From positions 1 through 60,978 of the IMG/VR virus record IMGVR_UViG_3300037422_000333: a DNA stretch of 60,978 nt, one strand, 5' to 3'. Position 1 is the stretch's first letter, and each line of letters opens with the position of its first letter. Under the pieces are notes generated by a model that saw only the letters and a list, made by a program, of their open reading frames with translations, was not told the origin of the DNA and searched no databases. Of the stretch, positions 1 through 10,164 are shown one piece after another. The position numbers were made by a program, and so were the translations under genes. The DNA comes from a virus (lineage: Duplodnaviria; Caudoviricetes).

Positions 1-232
1 GCTGGGAGTCGAGCAACGTCAAGGTCGAGGGCTGGGAGTCGAGCAACGTCAAGGTCGTGGGCCGGGGTTCGAGCAACGTCACGGTCGAGGGCCGGGAGTC
101 GAGCAACGTCACGGTCGAGGGCCGGGAGTCGAGCAACGTCACGGTCGAGGGCCGGGAGTCGAGCAACGTCACGGTCGTGGGCCGGGGTTCGAGCAACGTC
201 AAGGTCGAGGGCTGGGGTTCGAGCAACGTCAC
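1..232 (+). repeat. 30-bp tandem coding repeat (7 full units plus partials)
   Basis: Unit TCGAGCAACGTCA(A/C)GGTCG(A/T)GGGC(C/T)GGG(AG/GT); full units at 9-38, 39-68 ... 189-218; no spacers. Confidence 0.97.
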
Positions 233-335
233 TCAACAGGCATCGGAATACTGCGTGCTTGTGGACCGCAGATTCACTCCACCAAGTGTCATCTGCGGAT
301 GGAAGCAAGAGGGGGCGACAAATGCCAACGCCTAA
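1..335 (+). CDS. 3' part of a decapeptide-repeat protein that wraps around the contig ends (continues from 60356..60978)
   Basis: Reads SSNV(K/T)V(E/V)G(R/W)(E/G) repeats then QQASEYCVLVDRR...; stop TAA at 333-335. Same repeat unit and strand as the open ORF running off the right end. Confidence 0.8.
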   Translation, partial: WESSNVKVEGWESSNVKVVGRGSSNVTVEGRESSNVTVEGRESSNVTVEGRESSNVTVVGRGSSNVKVEGWGSSNVTQQASEYCVLVDRRFTPPSVICGWKQEGATNANA

Positions 336-549
336 TACGATTGAAACTCCAGAATCAGCAGTTGGCAATCTCGCGATTAGCCTTGGCATTCTGCTGAGCC
401 GCGGCTTCAACCAAGACCAAATGGCCTGCTACATCGAATCCGTTTGCGTTTTGGCTTATGCCGCCAAAGTTGACCGCGATGTTCTCGCCGCATTCGATCT
501 TTCTTTCACCAAGAAAATCGTGGATGCCTGCTGGCCAATCGACAATTGA
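322..549 (+). CDS. hypothetical protein
   Basis: ATG at 322 after GAGGGGG SD-like sequence; abuts neighbouring genes. Confidence 0.6.
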   Translation: MPTPNTIETPESAVGNLAISLGILLSRGFNQDQMACYIESVCVLAYAAKVDRDVLAAFDLSFTKKIVDACWPIDN

Positions 550-552
550 ATC

Positions 553-1809
553 ATGTCCGCCCCCAAACTTCAAGAACTGACTGGCGTCCTGTCGCGCGAG
601 CGCTGGCGACCAGATAGCATCGACGATGACTTTGTCATCGCGACGCTGGAGTCTGGCGAAATCGTGCTGGGGAAAGCCCCTCGCGGCGAATTGATTCCAG
701 GGCTGACCTACCGATTCTTTGGCCGTTGGGACGAATCGCGCCGCAACCCTCGAAGCGATCAGCTTGAAAAACAATTCAAGTTTCAGCAATTCGCGAAGTC
801 CGAGCCGCACTCGCGGTTTGGATTGGTCAATTACCTGGCTCGCTACGCGACGGGCATCGGACCGGGAATTGCCGGGAAGTTGTTCGACGTCTTGGGTGCC
901 GATGCCGTCAAGATTCTGAGAACGGATCCCGAGCGAGCCTGTGCCGCGATCAACAATGGCCGGGTCTGGTTGTCGATCGACAAAGCCAATGCGGCTGCCG
1001 CCGAATTGACAAGCGTGGCTGCAACTGAAGACGCGAACATCGAATTGGTCAATCTGTTCGCCGGTCGCGGATTTCCGCATTCGCTGACCAGAACCTGCCT
1101 GCGTCACTGGGGCATCCTGTCTGCCCGGCGCATCACCCGTGATCCATTTTGCCTGTTGGTGGCCGGGTTCAATGGCTGCGGATTTCTCCGCTGCGACCGA
1201 CTGTACTGCGACCTAGGCCTGCCGCTGAATCGGACCAAGCGACAGATGTTTTGCGTTTGGTACGCCATCCGCGAAGACAACGCGGGTCACACCTGGCACC
1301 CGCTCCAAAAGCTCCGCGAAGTGTTGCAGAAAAAAGTTTCTGGTGTGGCGACCAATCTGGTCCGTGCGATCAAGCTGGGCGTCCGGTCTGGCTGGCTGGC
1401 GATTCATCGCGACGCCAGCCAGCAACTCTGGATTGCCGATGGCGAGAAGGCGGCGGACGAAGACCGGCTCGCGGCGAAGATTCGCCAACTACTGGACGGA
1501 CCTCACGAATTGCCGCGCTTCACCGAGGCGCTGCCCGGCGAGTGTGACGAAACAGATCGGCACGTCGAATTTGTTGGTGGCGACGAACAGGTGCCCGATG
1601 GACAGCTAGATACCGATCATCTGGCCCGCCTCGGCCAGGAAACCGGCATCTGTCAATTCTGCGGACGATTACTGACGAGCGACGAATCAAAGCGCCGAGG
1701 CTACGGGCCAGTCTGCGCGTCGCGGCATGGTCTGTCCTGGGGCGACGAAAACGTAACGGATTTGCAATCCAATTCGGACACGGAGGTCGCCCATGCTCCG
1801 CTGGCCTGA
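553..1809 (+). CDS. RecD2-like helicase N-terminal half (OB-fold + HhH) with C-terminal DUF6011-like Zn finger
   Basis: G.W...QF OB-like segment, 'TGIGPGIAGKLFDVLG' HhH, 'DPFCL...GCGFLRCD'; C-terminal CQFCGRLLTSDESKRRGYGPVC. Confidence 0.8.
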   Translation: MSAPKLQELTGVLSRERWRPDSIDDDFVIATLESGEIVLGKAPRGELIPGLTYRFFGRWDESRRNPRSDQLEKQFKFQQFAKSEPHSRFGLVNYLARYATGIGPGIAGKLFDVLGADAVKILRTDPERACAAINNGRVWLSIDKANAAAAELTSVAATEDANIELVNLFAGRGFPHSLTRTCLRHWGILSARRITRDPFCLLVAGFNGCGFLRCDRLYCDLGLPLNRTKRQMFCVWYAIREDNAGHTWHPLQKLREVLQKKVSGVATNLVRAIKLGVRSGWLAIHRDASQQLWIADGEKAADEDRLAAKIRQLLDGPHELPRFTEALPGECDETDRHVEFVGGDEQVPDGQLDTDHLARLGQETGICQFCGRLLTSDESKRRGYGPVCASRHGLSWGDENVTDLQSNSDTEVAHAPLA

Positions 1810-3148
1810 CGTCGCGAAACTGGCCCGGCTCACGGACCACCAGCGATCCGCCGTGGCGACGACATTCGCGGGCCGCGTCGGCATCCTGACCGGCGGCCCC
1901 GGAGTCGGCAAGACATTCACGGCCGCTTCGGTGATCCGCGGGATCGCCGACGAACAGGGCTTGGATTCCGTGGCCATTGCCGCCCCGACCGGCAAGGCGG
2001 CCGTGCGCTGCACATCGATGCTGCAACAGTACGGCATCGGCCTCGAAGCCCGCACGATTCATCGGCTGCTCGCAGTTGGCCGCAATGGTCACGACGGTCG
2101 GGGCTGGGGGTTTCAATACAACGCACAAAATCCCCTGCCGTTCCAATTCGTGATCGTCGATGAAACGTCGATGGTGGACACGTCGCTCGCGGCCAATCTG
2201 TTCGACGCCCTGCATCCCACGACGCATGTGCTGCTGATCGGCGACCCGTTCCAGCTCCCGCCCGTTGGGCATGGCGCCCCACTCCGCGATCTGATCGCCG
2301 CCGGCGTCCCGTGCGGCGAACTGACGGAAATCAAGCGGAACGCCGGAGACATTGTCTTCGGCTGTCGAAAGATCAAGGAAGGCGAGCGGTTTGAGCCACG
2401 GATGGCTCTGGATTTGCCTGCGGGCCACAACTGGAAACACATTGAATCTCCCTCGGCTACGACCACGCTTCGGCACCTGCAATTTCTGTTGCAGTCGCCG
2501 CCAGGCGGCATCAATCCAACTTGGGACATTCAAGTCTTGGTGGCCGTGAACGAGAAGTCGGAACTGTCGCGAAAGAATGTCAACAGCCTGATGCAAGGCT
2601 GGCTCAATCCGCACGGGCAGGGCCTGAAGAATGGTCCACCATTCCGAGTCGGCGACAAGATCATCTGCACCAGCAACACGTGGCTGCCGATTCCCGACCT
2701 CGATGACGAAGCGGTTCCGCCTGTGCCCAAGTCTCCGCTGCGGGAATCGGAACTCAAAGAATTCGTTGCCAACGGCGATCTCGGCAAGGTGCTGGCGATC
2801 GAACCCAAGCGGATGCTGGTCGAATTTCAATCGCCGCCGCGGCTGTGTCTCGTGCCGTTCGTCGGCCAGGGCGAATCCGAATCGCAAGGCAGCAAGTTCG
2901 ACCTGGGCTACGCCCTGACCTGCCACAAGGCTCAGGGGTCGCAAGCCCCGATCGTGATCGCCCTGATCGACGAATTCTCCGGAGCCAACTTCGTCACGTC
3001 GATGGAATGGTGGCGCACCGCGGTCAGCCGTGCTGAGAAAATCTGTCTCACGATCGGCCAGTGGTCCGTGTTCCAGCGGCAGTGCCGCCGGCTGTCGCTG
3101 CGGGATCGCAAGACGTTTTTGAGGGAACGACTGGAGGCCAGGACATGA
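1793..3148 (+). CDS. recD2: RecD2-like SF1B helicase ATPase core
   Basis: Walker A TGGPGVGKT, AAPTGKAA, RTIHRLL, IVDETSM, GDPFQLPPVG, YALTCHKAQGSQ, TAVSRA. Confidence 0.93.
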   Translation: MLRWPDVAKLARLTDHQRSAVATTFAGRVGILTGGPGVGKTFTAASVIRGIADEQGLDSVAIAAPTGKAAVRCTSMLQQYGIGLEARTIHRLLAVGRNGHDGRGWGFQYNAQNPLPFQFVIVDETSMVDTSLAANLFDALHPTTHVLLIGDPFQLPPVGHGAPLRDLIAAGVPCGELTEIKRNAGDIVFGCRKIKEGERFEPRMALDLPAGHNWKHIESPSATTTLRHLQFLLQSPPGGINPTWDIQVLVAVNEKSELSRKNVNSLMQGWLNPHGQGLKNGPPFRVGDKIICTSNTWLPIPDLDDEAVPPVPKSPLRESELKEFVANGDLGKVLAIEPKRMLVEFQSPPRLCLVPFVGQGESESQGSKFDLGYALTCHKAQGSQAPIVIALIDEFSGANFVTSMEWWRTAVSRAEKICLTIGQWSVFQRQCRRLSLRDRKTFLRERLEART

Positions 3149-3351
3149 GTTCTACTGGCGAAATCCGTACACATTTTGGCGATGACGATCCGATGCCGTT
3201 CGGCGCTCACAAGGGAACACCGCTGGGAGAATTGCCGGCCAGCTACCTGCTCTGGCTGGGCGACCAAGACTGGATCGACGAATGGCCAATGCTGTCCGGC
3301 TACATCGAATGGTGCCGTGACGAACTGGAAAAAGAAGTCGCAGGCGAATGA
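3145..3351 (+). CDS. small DUF3820/QSregVF_b-like protein
   Basis: MPFGAHKGTPLGELPASYLLW motif; ATGA overlap with the helicase gene. Confidence 0.8.
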   Translation: MSSTGEIRTHFGDDDPMPFGAHKGTPLGELPASYLLWLGDQDWIDEWPMLSGYIEWCRDELEKEVAGE

Positions 3352-3369
3352 CAAGGAGCGTAGATCGTG

Positions 3370-3933
3370 ATGGAATCCATCGCCACAAGACGATCGTCAA
3401 CTCAAGGCGAACCAGACTATCTCGTCTGTCCGTTCACGATCGTCATCGACTCTCGTGAACAGGCGCCCTACTCGTTTCGCGGACTGATTGCCGACGCACG
3501 TCACAAACGTCGCCCGCTGATCGTGCGCACGGAAATTCGCGGCTTGGCCAGCGGCGACTACTCGCTGGCCGGTCACGAAGATCAGATTGCCGTGGAACGC
3601 AAGAGCCTAGACGATCTGTACGCCACGCTCGGTCAGGGCCGCGAGCGTTTCGAACGCGAGCTGGTTCGGCTGAATGAACTGGCTTTCGCGGCCGTCGTGA
3701 TCGAAGCCGGCTGGTCCGCGATCGTCGGCCAACCGCCAGCCCACTCGAAACTGTCCCCCAAGAGCGTTTACCGATCCGTGATCGCCTGGCAGCAGCGGTT
3801 CCCCAAGGTGCATTGGTGGCCGTGCGACACGCGGACATTCGCGGAACGAACAACCTTTCGGATTCTGGAACGATTCTGGTCGGAGAACGAGAAGATCAAG
3901 TCCGAGACGGCTGCCGTGGAGGCCCAGGCATGA
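3370..3933 (+). CDS. ERCC4-domain (XPF-like) nuclease
   Basis: IVIDSREQ...GDYSL...VERKSLDDL motifs. Confidence 0.92.
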   Translation: MESIATRRSSTQGEPDYLVCPFTIVIDSREQAPYSFRGLIADARHKRRPLIVRTEIRGLASGDYSLAGHEDQIAVERKSLDDLYATLGQGRERFERELVRLNELAFAAVVIEAGWSAIVGQPPAHSKLSPKSVYRSVIAWQQRFPKVHWWPCDTRTFAERTTFRILERFWSENEKIKSETAAVEAQA

Positions 3934-5441
3934 CACGAGAACTCATCAGCGCCGACCTTTTTTGTGGGGCTGGCGGGACGTCGGAGGGAGCCGAAGATTC
4001 CGGAGCCGCTCGCGTGGTCTGCGCCGTCAATCACTGGGACGTCGCGATCCAGACGCACGCCGCGAACTTCCCGTTGGCGCGTCACATTCACAGCCGACTC
4101 GATCAAGTCAACCCCGCCGAGTGCCCGCGGATTGATCTGCTGTTTGCGTCGCCCGAATGCACGCATCACAGCCGCGCGCGAGGCGGAAGGCCGACGTCGG
4201 ATCAGCAGCGGGCCGGAGCGTGGGATTTGATGCGCTGGATTGAGCATCACCGACCCTCCTGGATCGTTGTCGAGAACGTCGCCGAGTTCCGCGAGTGGGG
4301 GCCGGTAGGCGATCACGGACGGCCGCTGCCGAAGTTCCGCGGCCGATTCTTCGGGGCCTGGCTGGCGGCGATCGAGTCGGCAGGCTACCGCGTGGATTGC
4401 CGGCTGCTGAATGCGGCCGACTTCGGAGCCGCGACGTCACGCGAACGGCTGTTTGTGGTCGCCCGCAAGGGCAATCGATCAATTTCGTGGCCCGAACCGA
4501 CGCACGCAGCGAACATCGGCGGCGAGTTGCCGGGCTTCCGGTTGCTGCCATGGCGGTCGGCGAGCGAGATCCTCGACTGGTCGATTCCGTGCCCGTCGAT
4601 CTTCTCGCGGTCGCGTCCACTCGCTGACAACACGTTGCTCCGGATCGAAGCGGGACTGCGGAAGTTCGTCGGGCCGTTCGTGTGCGGCTGCGGCGCGAGA
4701 GATGGGCAGTCGCCACCTTCCGAACTCACTCGGCCGATCAACACGATCGTCACGAAGGATGCGAAATGCCTCGCCGTGCCGTACCAAGTCCGGCTGCGAA
4801 ACCATGCCGACGCCGCGGAACTCGGCGAACCGGTCGGCTGCGTGACGGCGAACGGCCATCATCACGGCCTGGCGATGCCGCTGATCGCATCGACACATTT
4901 TGGCGGTACATATTCGCCGGTCGATGACAAACCATGCCCAACGATCAGAACACGCAATGGGGCACTGCTCGCGGTGCCATTCCTTGCCGACGTGAATTAC
5001 GGCCACGGCGGCGAGACCAATGGACGATGCAGCGAACTCTGCGAACCGATCAAGACGATCACGGCCCACAACGGCAAGTCGCTCGTCGTGCCGTGGCTGT
5101 CAAGTTTCTACGGCAACGACACGATGTCCGGCGCGGCGAAACCCGTGCCAACGATCACCACGAAGGATCGGCACTCGCTCTGCCTCGCGCTGTGCTCCGG
5201 TCCAGAAGACTGGCCGGCGGCAGCAACCGACGCGATGCGAACTCTTCAAGTCACCATGCGGCAACTCGGCGTCGCGGACATCGGGTTTCGGATGCTCCAG
5301 AATCGCGAGCTCTCCGCCGCGCAGGGCTTCCCGGCGAGCTATCAATTCCACGGCAACAAATCGCAAATCACCCGCCAGATAGGCAACAGCGTCTGCCCGC
5401 CCGTCGCCAAGGCGATCACGCTGGCGATCGCAGGAGTCTGA
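3930..5441 (+). CDS. DNA (cytosine-5) methyltransferase
   Basis: DLFCGAGG, SPECTHHS catalytic motif, VENV, TSRERLF, QIGNSV; ATGA overlap with the upstream gene. Confidence 0.95.
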   Translation: MTRELISADLFCGAGGTSEGAEDSGAARVVCAVNHWDVAIQTHAANFPLARHIHSRLDQVNPAECPRIDLLFASPECTHHSRARGGRPTSDQQRAGAWDLMRWIEHHRPSWIVVENVAEFREWGPVGDHGRPLPKFRGRFFGAWLAAIESAGYRVDCRLLNAADFGAATSRERLFVVARKGNRSISWPEPTHAANIGGELPGFRLLPWRSASEILDWSIPCPSIFSRSRPLADNTLLRIEAGLRKFVGPFVCGCGARDGQSPPSELTRPINTIVTKDAKCLAVPYQVRLRNHADAAELGEPVGCVTANGHHHGLAMPLIASTHFGGTYSPVDDKPCPTIRTRNGALLAVPFLADVNYGHGGETNGRCSELCEPIKTITAHNGKSLVVPWLSSFYGNDTMSGAAKPVPTITTKDRHSLCLALCSGPEDWPAAATDAMRTLQVTMRQLGVADIGFRMLQNRELSAAQGFPASYQFHGNKSQITRQIGNSVCPPVAKAITLAIAGV

Positions 5442-5464
5442 GATAAACGATAGTCCGCACGAAT

Positions 5465-6901
5465 ATGCCACGCCCCACACCACGCACCCTGATCGGCGAT
5501 TGCCGCGAGACGCTGAAGACGCTCGCGCCGGTCTCGGTCCATGCGTGCGTCACGTCGCCACCCTACTGGCAACTCAGGAACTATGGCGTGTCCGGCGCGC
5601 TCGGCAACGAACCGACGATCGACGAGTACCTTGCGAACCAACTCGCGGTGTTCCGCGAAGTGCGTCGCGTGCTGCGGGACGATGGGACGTGCTGGGTGAA
5701 CCTTGGGGATACCTACAGCAGAGGCGGCCGAGGCGGCAATCCCGTCGAATCTCCGCACCAGAAGCAGGCGACGAACGCGGCATCACTCGTAGCCGCCTGT
5801 CCCGACTGCGATGTCGCGCCCGGCAATCAGCTTCTCGTGCCGCACCGATTCGCCCTCGCCATGCAGGCCGATGGCTGGGTGCTCCGCTCGACGATCGTGT
5901 GGTCGAAGAGATCGCCGATGCCGGAAAGCGTCAGCGGCTGGCGCTGGGTGCGGTGCCGAGCGAAAACCGGCGAAATGGAATCTGCACCACAGGGCGGACT
6001 GTCGTCGTGGGACATGGGAGAGCACGCTCACGGTTCGGCGTCTGGAGAATACCGTGGAACCGAGAAATCGATTCCCGTCTGGTCCGACTGCCCCGGCTGC
6101 GACAAGTGCCGCGAACATGGCGGTTACATCCTCCGCCGCGGAGCGTGGCGCTGCACGACGGCGCACGAATTTGTCTTCCAGTTTACGAAGTCGATGGACT
6201 ACTTCGCCGACGGCGACGCCGTGCAGGAGCGGGCCGTCGGTCATGCCGGCCGACAGCGTCAGCACAAACTGGCGTCGGCCTACCGGAATGGAACACGCCA
6301 CGATCACCGTGTTGTCGGTCTGAAAAACATTCCCGCCGTCGAACGGCGGAATCAGCGTTCCGTCTGGAGTCTCTCCAGCGAGCCGTTCAAGGAACGGCAC
6401 TTCGCGACGTTCCCCAGCGAACTTCCCTTTCGCATCATCCGCGCCGCGACATCCAAGGCCGGTTGCTGCCCGGCCTGCGGTGCGCAGTACGCCCCGGTGG
6501 TTCACCGCGAGCGCGTGCCGACCCGGCCGGGAACCAACCACAAAATCTGGAAGCTCTCCGGGGCAGATGAACCGCTCGGCCAACGTCGATCGACGTCTCC
6601 GAACCTCGATCCGCAGCGACATATTGTCCGGACAGCCGTGAAAGACTACTGGCCGACGTGTGAATGCCACGCGGGCGACCCCGTTCCGGCCACGGTCCTC
6701 GATCCCTACATGGGCAGCGGAACAACTCTTCAGGTCGCGAGCTGGCTCGGTCGTGACTCCATCGGTTGCGAACTGAGCCCTGAGTATGTCGCCCTGGCAG
6801 AAACTCGAATCGCGACCATGCCGCTTTGCCTTGCGCGACGCGAACCGAAAAAACTCGCGCCGTCATTCGTCCCACTGGAAGGTCAACGCGAACTGTTCTG
6901 A
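5465..6901 (+). CDS. DNA N4-cytosine/N6-adenine methyltransferase (beta class) with Cys-rich insertions
   Basis: GDCRE, VTSPPYW, HFATFP, VLDPYMGSGTT, IGCEL. Confidence 0.93.
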   Translation: MPRPTPRTLIGDCRETLKTLAPVSVHACVTSPPYWQLRNYGVSGALGNEPTIDEYLANQLAVFREVRRVLRDDGTCWVNLGDTYSRGGRGGNPVESPHQKQATNAASLVAACPDCDVAPGNQLLVPHRFALAMQADGWVLRSTIVWSKRSPMPESVSGWRWVRCRAKTGEMESAPQGGLSSWDMGEHAHGSASGEYRGTEKSIPVWSDCPGCDKCREHGGYILRRGAWRCTTAHEFVFQFTKSMDYFADGDAVQERAVGHAGRQRQHKLASAYRNGTRHDHRVVGLKNIPAVERRNQRSVWSLSSEPFKERHFATFPSELPFRIIRAATSKAGCCPACGAQYAPVVHRERVPTRPGTNHKIWKLSGADEPLGQRRSTSPNLDPQRHIVRTAVKDYWPTCECHAGDPVPATVLDPYMGSGTTLQVASWLGRDSIGCELSPEYVALAETRIATMPLCLARREPKKLAPSFVPLEGQRELF

Positions 6902-7086
6902 AATGCCATTTTTGCAGAGAGCCATCATCGAAGCTGCCGTAGGTTACGAGCGAGATGGCGGCACCATGGCCAGTTGTGTGTTTTTCGAGTGATAGTGTGC
7001 GTGCAACGCACTCGCGAAGGAAGGAATAGCAAACAAGGTCACTTCGAGAATCTGGATTCCGAAGTTCATCACGGAAAGAAACGGAC

Positions 7087-9480
7087 ATGGCGGTCGGCAA
7101 CGAAGCCACCTATCGCGTGCTCGCCAAGCTGCGGAACGTCAAGCCGCTGGGGCCGGGGCGTTGGTCCGCACAGTGTCCCGGCCACGACGATCGCGAAAAT
7201 TCGCTCGCCGTCAGCGTCGGAGACAAATCGGGGCTGGCGGTGCTGCACTGCCACGCGAAGTGCGACACGATCCACGTCATGCAGGCCGGCGGCATCTTGT
7301 GGTCTGATCTGTTTCCCGAACGAAAGCGTGACTCAGCGGAGGCGAAATCGGGCCCAAAGCGAAAGGTCGTGGCCGTCTATCCGTATCGCGATGCGGCCGG
7401 TTCGGTCATCCACGAGACGGTCCGGTTCGATCCGAAAGAGTTTCGCCAGCGACGGCCGGAACCGTCGCAGCCGGGAAAATTTCTCTGGAATCTGAACGGA
7501 ATCGAACCGATTCTCTACCGTCTGCCGGAACTGATCGCCTCCGCCGGCGAGGATCGTTTGGTGGTCGTCGTCGAAGGCGAAAAGGACTCCGACCGCGTGG
7601 CCTCACTCGGCCTGATCACCACGACCTGCCCGATGGGAGCCGGGAAGTGGCGGCCCTCGTACTCCGAAGCACTTCGCGGCCGGCGAGTCGCCATCCTTCC
7701 CGACATCGACAAGCAACGACCTGATGGCACGTCACCCGGCATGGATCACGCCACGATCGTCGCCAACGCCCTGCACGGCGTCGCGGCGTCCGTCAAGGTC
7801 GTCCACCTGCCGAACGAATTCGATCCGCCCCTCACCCCCAAGTGGGATGTCAGTGACTGGCTAGACCGCGGCGGAACATCCGAACAATTCGCCGCCGCAG
7901 TCCAAGCCGCTCCGGAATGGATCGCGAACACGCAGAAATCCCCTCTCCCCCCGGGGGGCACGATCACGGAAGCGGACGATGACCCGCACCGGCTGGGTCG
8001 TCTCTACCTCGAGCAGGCCAAGCACGCGGATGGCCCGACGCTCCGCTACTGGCGGGAATCGTTCTACCGCTGGGACGGTCGCACCTACAATCTGTTGAGT
8101 CTGCCTGAGATTCGCCCCGAAGTCACGCGCACGATCAAGCGGGAATTCGACCGATTGCACGTCGAACACGCCAAGACGTGGGTTCCACACCACGACCGCG
8201 AACGGCCACCCGTGGCGCAGAAAGTCACGAAAACACTCGTGAGCAACGTGTTAGAGGCCGTGGCCGGGATGACGCTGTTATCGAGCCGCCTCGAAATGCC
8301 GGCCTGGCTGCCTAAGTTGGACGCGAACGCCGCGGCATCCAACGGTCACGAACAGTCCTCCGCTCTCCCCGGCCCAACTCGAGATTTCGTCGTGCTGCAA
8401 AACGGGATCCTCGACGTGCCGCGACTTCTGGCCGGCCAGCCGGACCACCTGCGGCCGCACTCGCCGATTTTCTTTTCGACGATCTGCCTACCGTTCGATT
8501 TTCAGGAAGATGCGGACTGTCAGCGGTGGCTGACCTTCCTGAATCGAAATCTGGAATCCGACCGCGATCGAATCGCCCTGCTCCAGGAGTGGTTCGGTTA
8601 CTGTCTAACGTTCGATACCTCGTACCAAAAGTTTCTGCTTCTCGAAGGGGAGGGGGCGAACGGCAAGTCGGTCGTCTGCGCCGCACTGACGGCTGTGCTG
8701 GGCGTGGATAATGTCTCGCATGTGCCGCTCGAAGTCTTCGGCAAGGACTTTTCGCTGACTCAGACGCTCGGCCGGCTCGCGAACATCACGAGCGAAGTCG
8801 GCGAATTGGACCGTATGGCCGAAGGCTACCTGAAGTCCTTCACGGCCGGTGATCGGATGACGTTCAACCGCAAACATCAATCACTGATCGAAGCCGCTCC
8901 GTCGGCCCGGCTGATCCTGGCCACGAACAATCGCCCGCGGTTCTCCGACCGATCGGGCGGACTCTGGCGGCGCATGCTGCTCCTGCCACTCAACGTTCAG
9001 ATTACGGAATCCGAGCGCGTGCACGGCATGGATCACCCGGAGTTCTGGCAGGACCAGGGGGAACTTCCCGGCATCTTCAATTGGTCGCTCGTGGGGCTCG
9101 CACGCCTTCGCCAGCAGCGTCGATTCACGATTCCAGGGTTGTGTGCCTCGGCGGTCGAGGACTACCGCTCTGAGGTCAACCCGGCCCGACGCTTTCTCTT
9201 AGAACACTTCACGCCGGACCCCGAAGGGGACGTGCCCAAGAAGGAGGTCTACGTCAGTTACCGAAAATGGTGCGACGAGGTCGGTTGCCGGCCACTCGCC
9301 GACAACATCTTTGGCAAGGAAGTCAAACGGGTGTTTCCGGCAATCCAGTATGCGAAAGTTTGGAATTTCGGAGGTGCGCGGTGTGACGGATATCGCGGAA
9401 TCTGTCGGATCGAGCCCGAGGGAGCCGCTCCCGATCTTTGTCCGGACAGCGGAAAAACTCAGGAAAAAAATTCGCAATGA
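7087..9480 (+). CDS. primase-helicase (Zn finger + TOPRIM + P4/D5-type SF3 helicase)
   Basis: CPGHDD...CHAKC, VVEGEKD, ILPDID, WDVSDW; GEGANGKS Walker A; LATNNRP; GLWRR. Confidence 0.93.
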   Translation: MAVGNEATYRVLAKLRNVKPLGPGRWSAQCPGHDDRENSLAVSVGDKSGLAVLHCHAKCDTIHVMQAGGILWSDLFPERKRDSAEAKSGPKRKVVAVYPYRDAAGSVIHETVRFDPKEFRQRRPEPSQPGKFLWNLNGIEPILYRLPELIASAGEDRLVVVVEGEKDSDRVASLGLITTTCPMGAGKWRPSYSEALRGRRVAILPDIDKQRPDGTSPGMDHATIVANALHGVAASVKVVHLPNEFDPPLTPKWDVSDWLDRGGTSEQFAAAVQAAPEWIANTQKSPLPPGGTITEADDDPHRLGRLYLEQAKHADGPTLRYWRESFYRWDGRTYNLLSLPEIRPEVTRTIKREFDRLHVEHAKTWVPHHDRERPPVAQKVTKTLVSNVLEAVAGMTLLSSRLEMPAWLPKLDANAAASNGHEQSSALPGPTRDFVVLQNGILDVPRLLAGQPDHLRPHSPIFFSTICLPFDFQEDADCQRWLTFLNRNLESDRDRIALLQEWFGYCLTFDTSYQKFLLLEGEGANGKSVVCAALTAVLGVDNVSHVPLEVFGKDFSLTQTLGRLANITSEVGELDRMAEGYLKSFTAGDRMTFNRKHQSLIEAAPSARLILATNNRPRFSDRSGGLWRRMLLLPLNVQITESERVHGMDHPEFWQDQGELPGIFNWSLVGLARLRQQRRFTIPGLCASAVEDYRSEVNPARRFLLEHFTPDPEGDVPKKEVYVSYRKWCDEVGCRPLADNIFGKEVKRVFPAIQYAKVWNFGGARCDGYRGICRIEPEGAAPDLCPDSGKTQEKNSQ

Positions 9481-9515
9481 TTATTTTCGCCATGAAAAAA
9501 TTTTCTGCCAAGTTT

Positions 9516-9784
9516 TGTCTGAGTTCTGTCGGAGATCGACGTTTTCAAATGTCGGAGCCTAAGTCCTTTGTTTCCTATAATGTCGGAGTTGTCGGAGTAA
9601 CTAATAAGATAGGAGAATTTAATCAAGAAGATAGATATATATACGCGCGCGCGTGTATACACGCGCGCGTATAAGCAGAGAAGGATTTTTGGACCCCTGA
9701 CAACCCCGACAACCACGACAAGTCAATAGTGACAACAGCTTACGTAAAAATTTCTCCCCGACAGTGCTCCGACAGACACCGACA
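9516..9784. repeat. putative replication origin: convergent iterons around a palindrome
   Basis: TGTCGGAG at 9527, 9550, 9581, 9590; reverse-oriented CCGACA-type copies at ~9704-9784; AT-rich tract and a perfect 24-bp palindrome CGCGCGCGTGTATACACGCGCGCG at 9646-9669; directly after the primase gene. Confidence 0.7.
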
Positions 9785-9813
9785 GTTGATTCGAAAGGAC
9801 TTCCTAAACTTCC

Positions 9814-10125
9814 ATGCCTGCCACGGTTCTCCAAAAGCTTGCCGCAAAATTCGATTCCTCGGCTGGTCACTCGTCGTCGACAGCGCCATCGCCATCGGTC
9901 GCATCCGTCGACAGCGATTTCCAGCACGAACTGGACCAGTTGGTCACTTGGCTCAACCGTTCACTTCCGCCCTCGCTGACGCTCTCCAGCGATGCCTGGC
10001 AACGGCTCGACTTGATTGAGCAACGCTTCCTCGAAAGCCGCCTGGCCGACAACTTTCAAAACTTTCGCAAAGCACTCCAAGACTACAAAACGGAATTTTC
10101 GAAACTCGTTTCTCGTCCCATTTGA
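9814..10125 (+). CDS. hypothetical protein
   Basis: 103-aa ORF with helical C-terminus, in operon orientation. Confidence 0.5.
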   Translation: MPATVLQKLAAKFDSSAGHSSSTAPSPSVASVDSDFQHELDQLVTWLNRSLPPSLTLSSDAWQRLDLIEQRFLESRLADNFQNFRKALQDYKTEFSKLVSRPI

Positions 10126-10164
10126 TTTCCAAGGTCACGCTGCACTCAGAAAGGAAATTCTCCC

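Noticed and set aside
1-232. 30-bp repeats as a CRISPR array
   Set aside because: Units are head-to-tail with no spacers and preserve a reading frame; no cas genes are present.
3930-6901. Restriction-modification system
   Set aside because: No cognate restriction nuclease seen; orphan methyltransferases are common phage anti-restriction genes, and ERCC4 fits a resolvase role.
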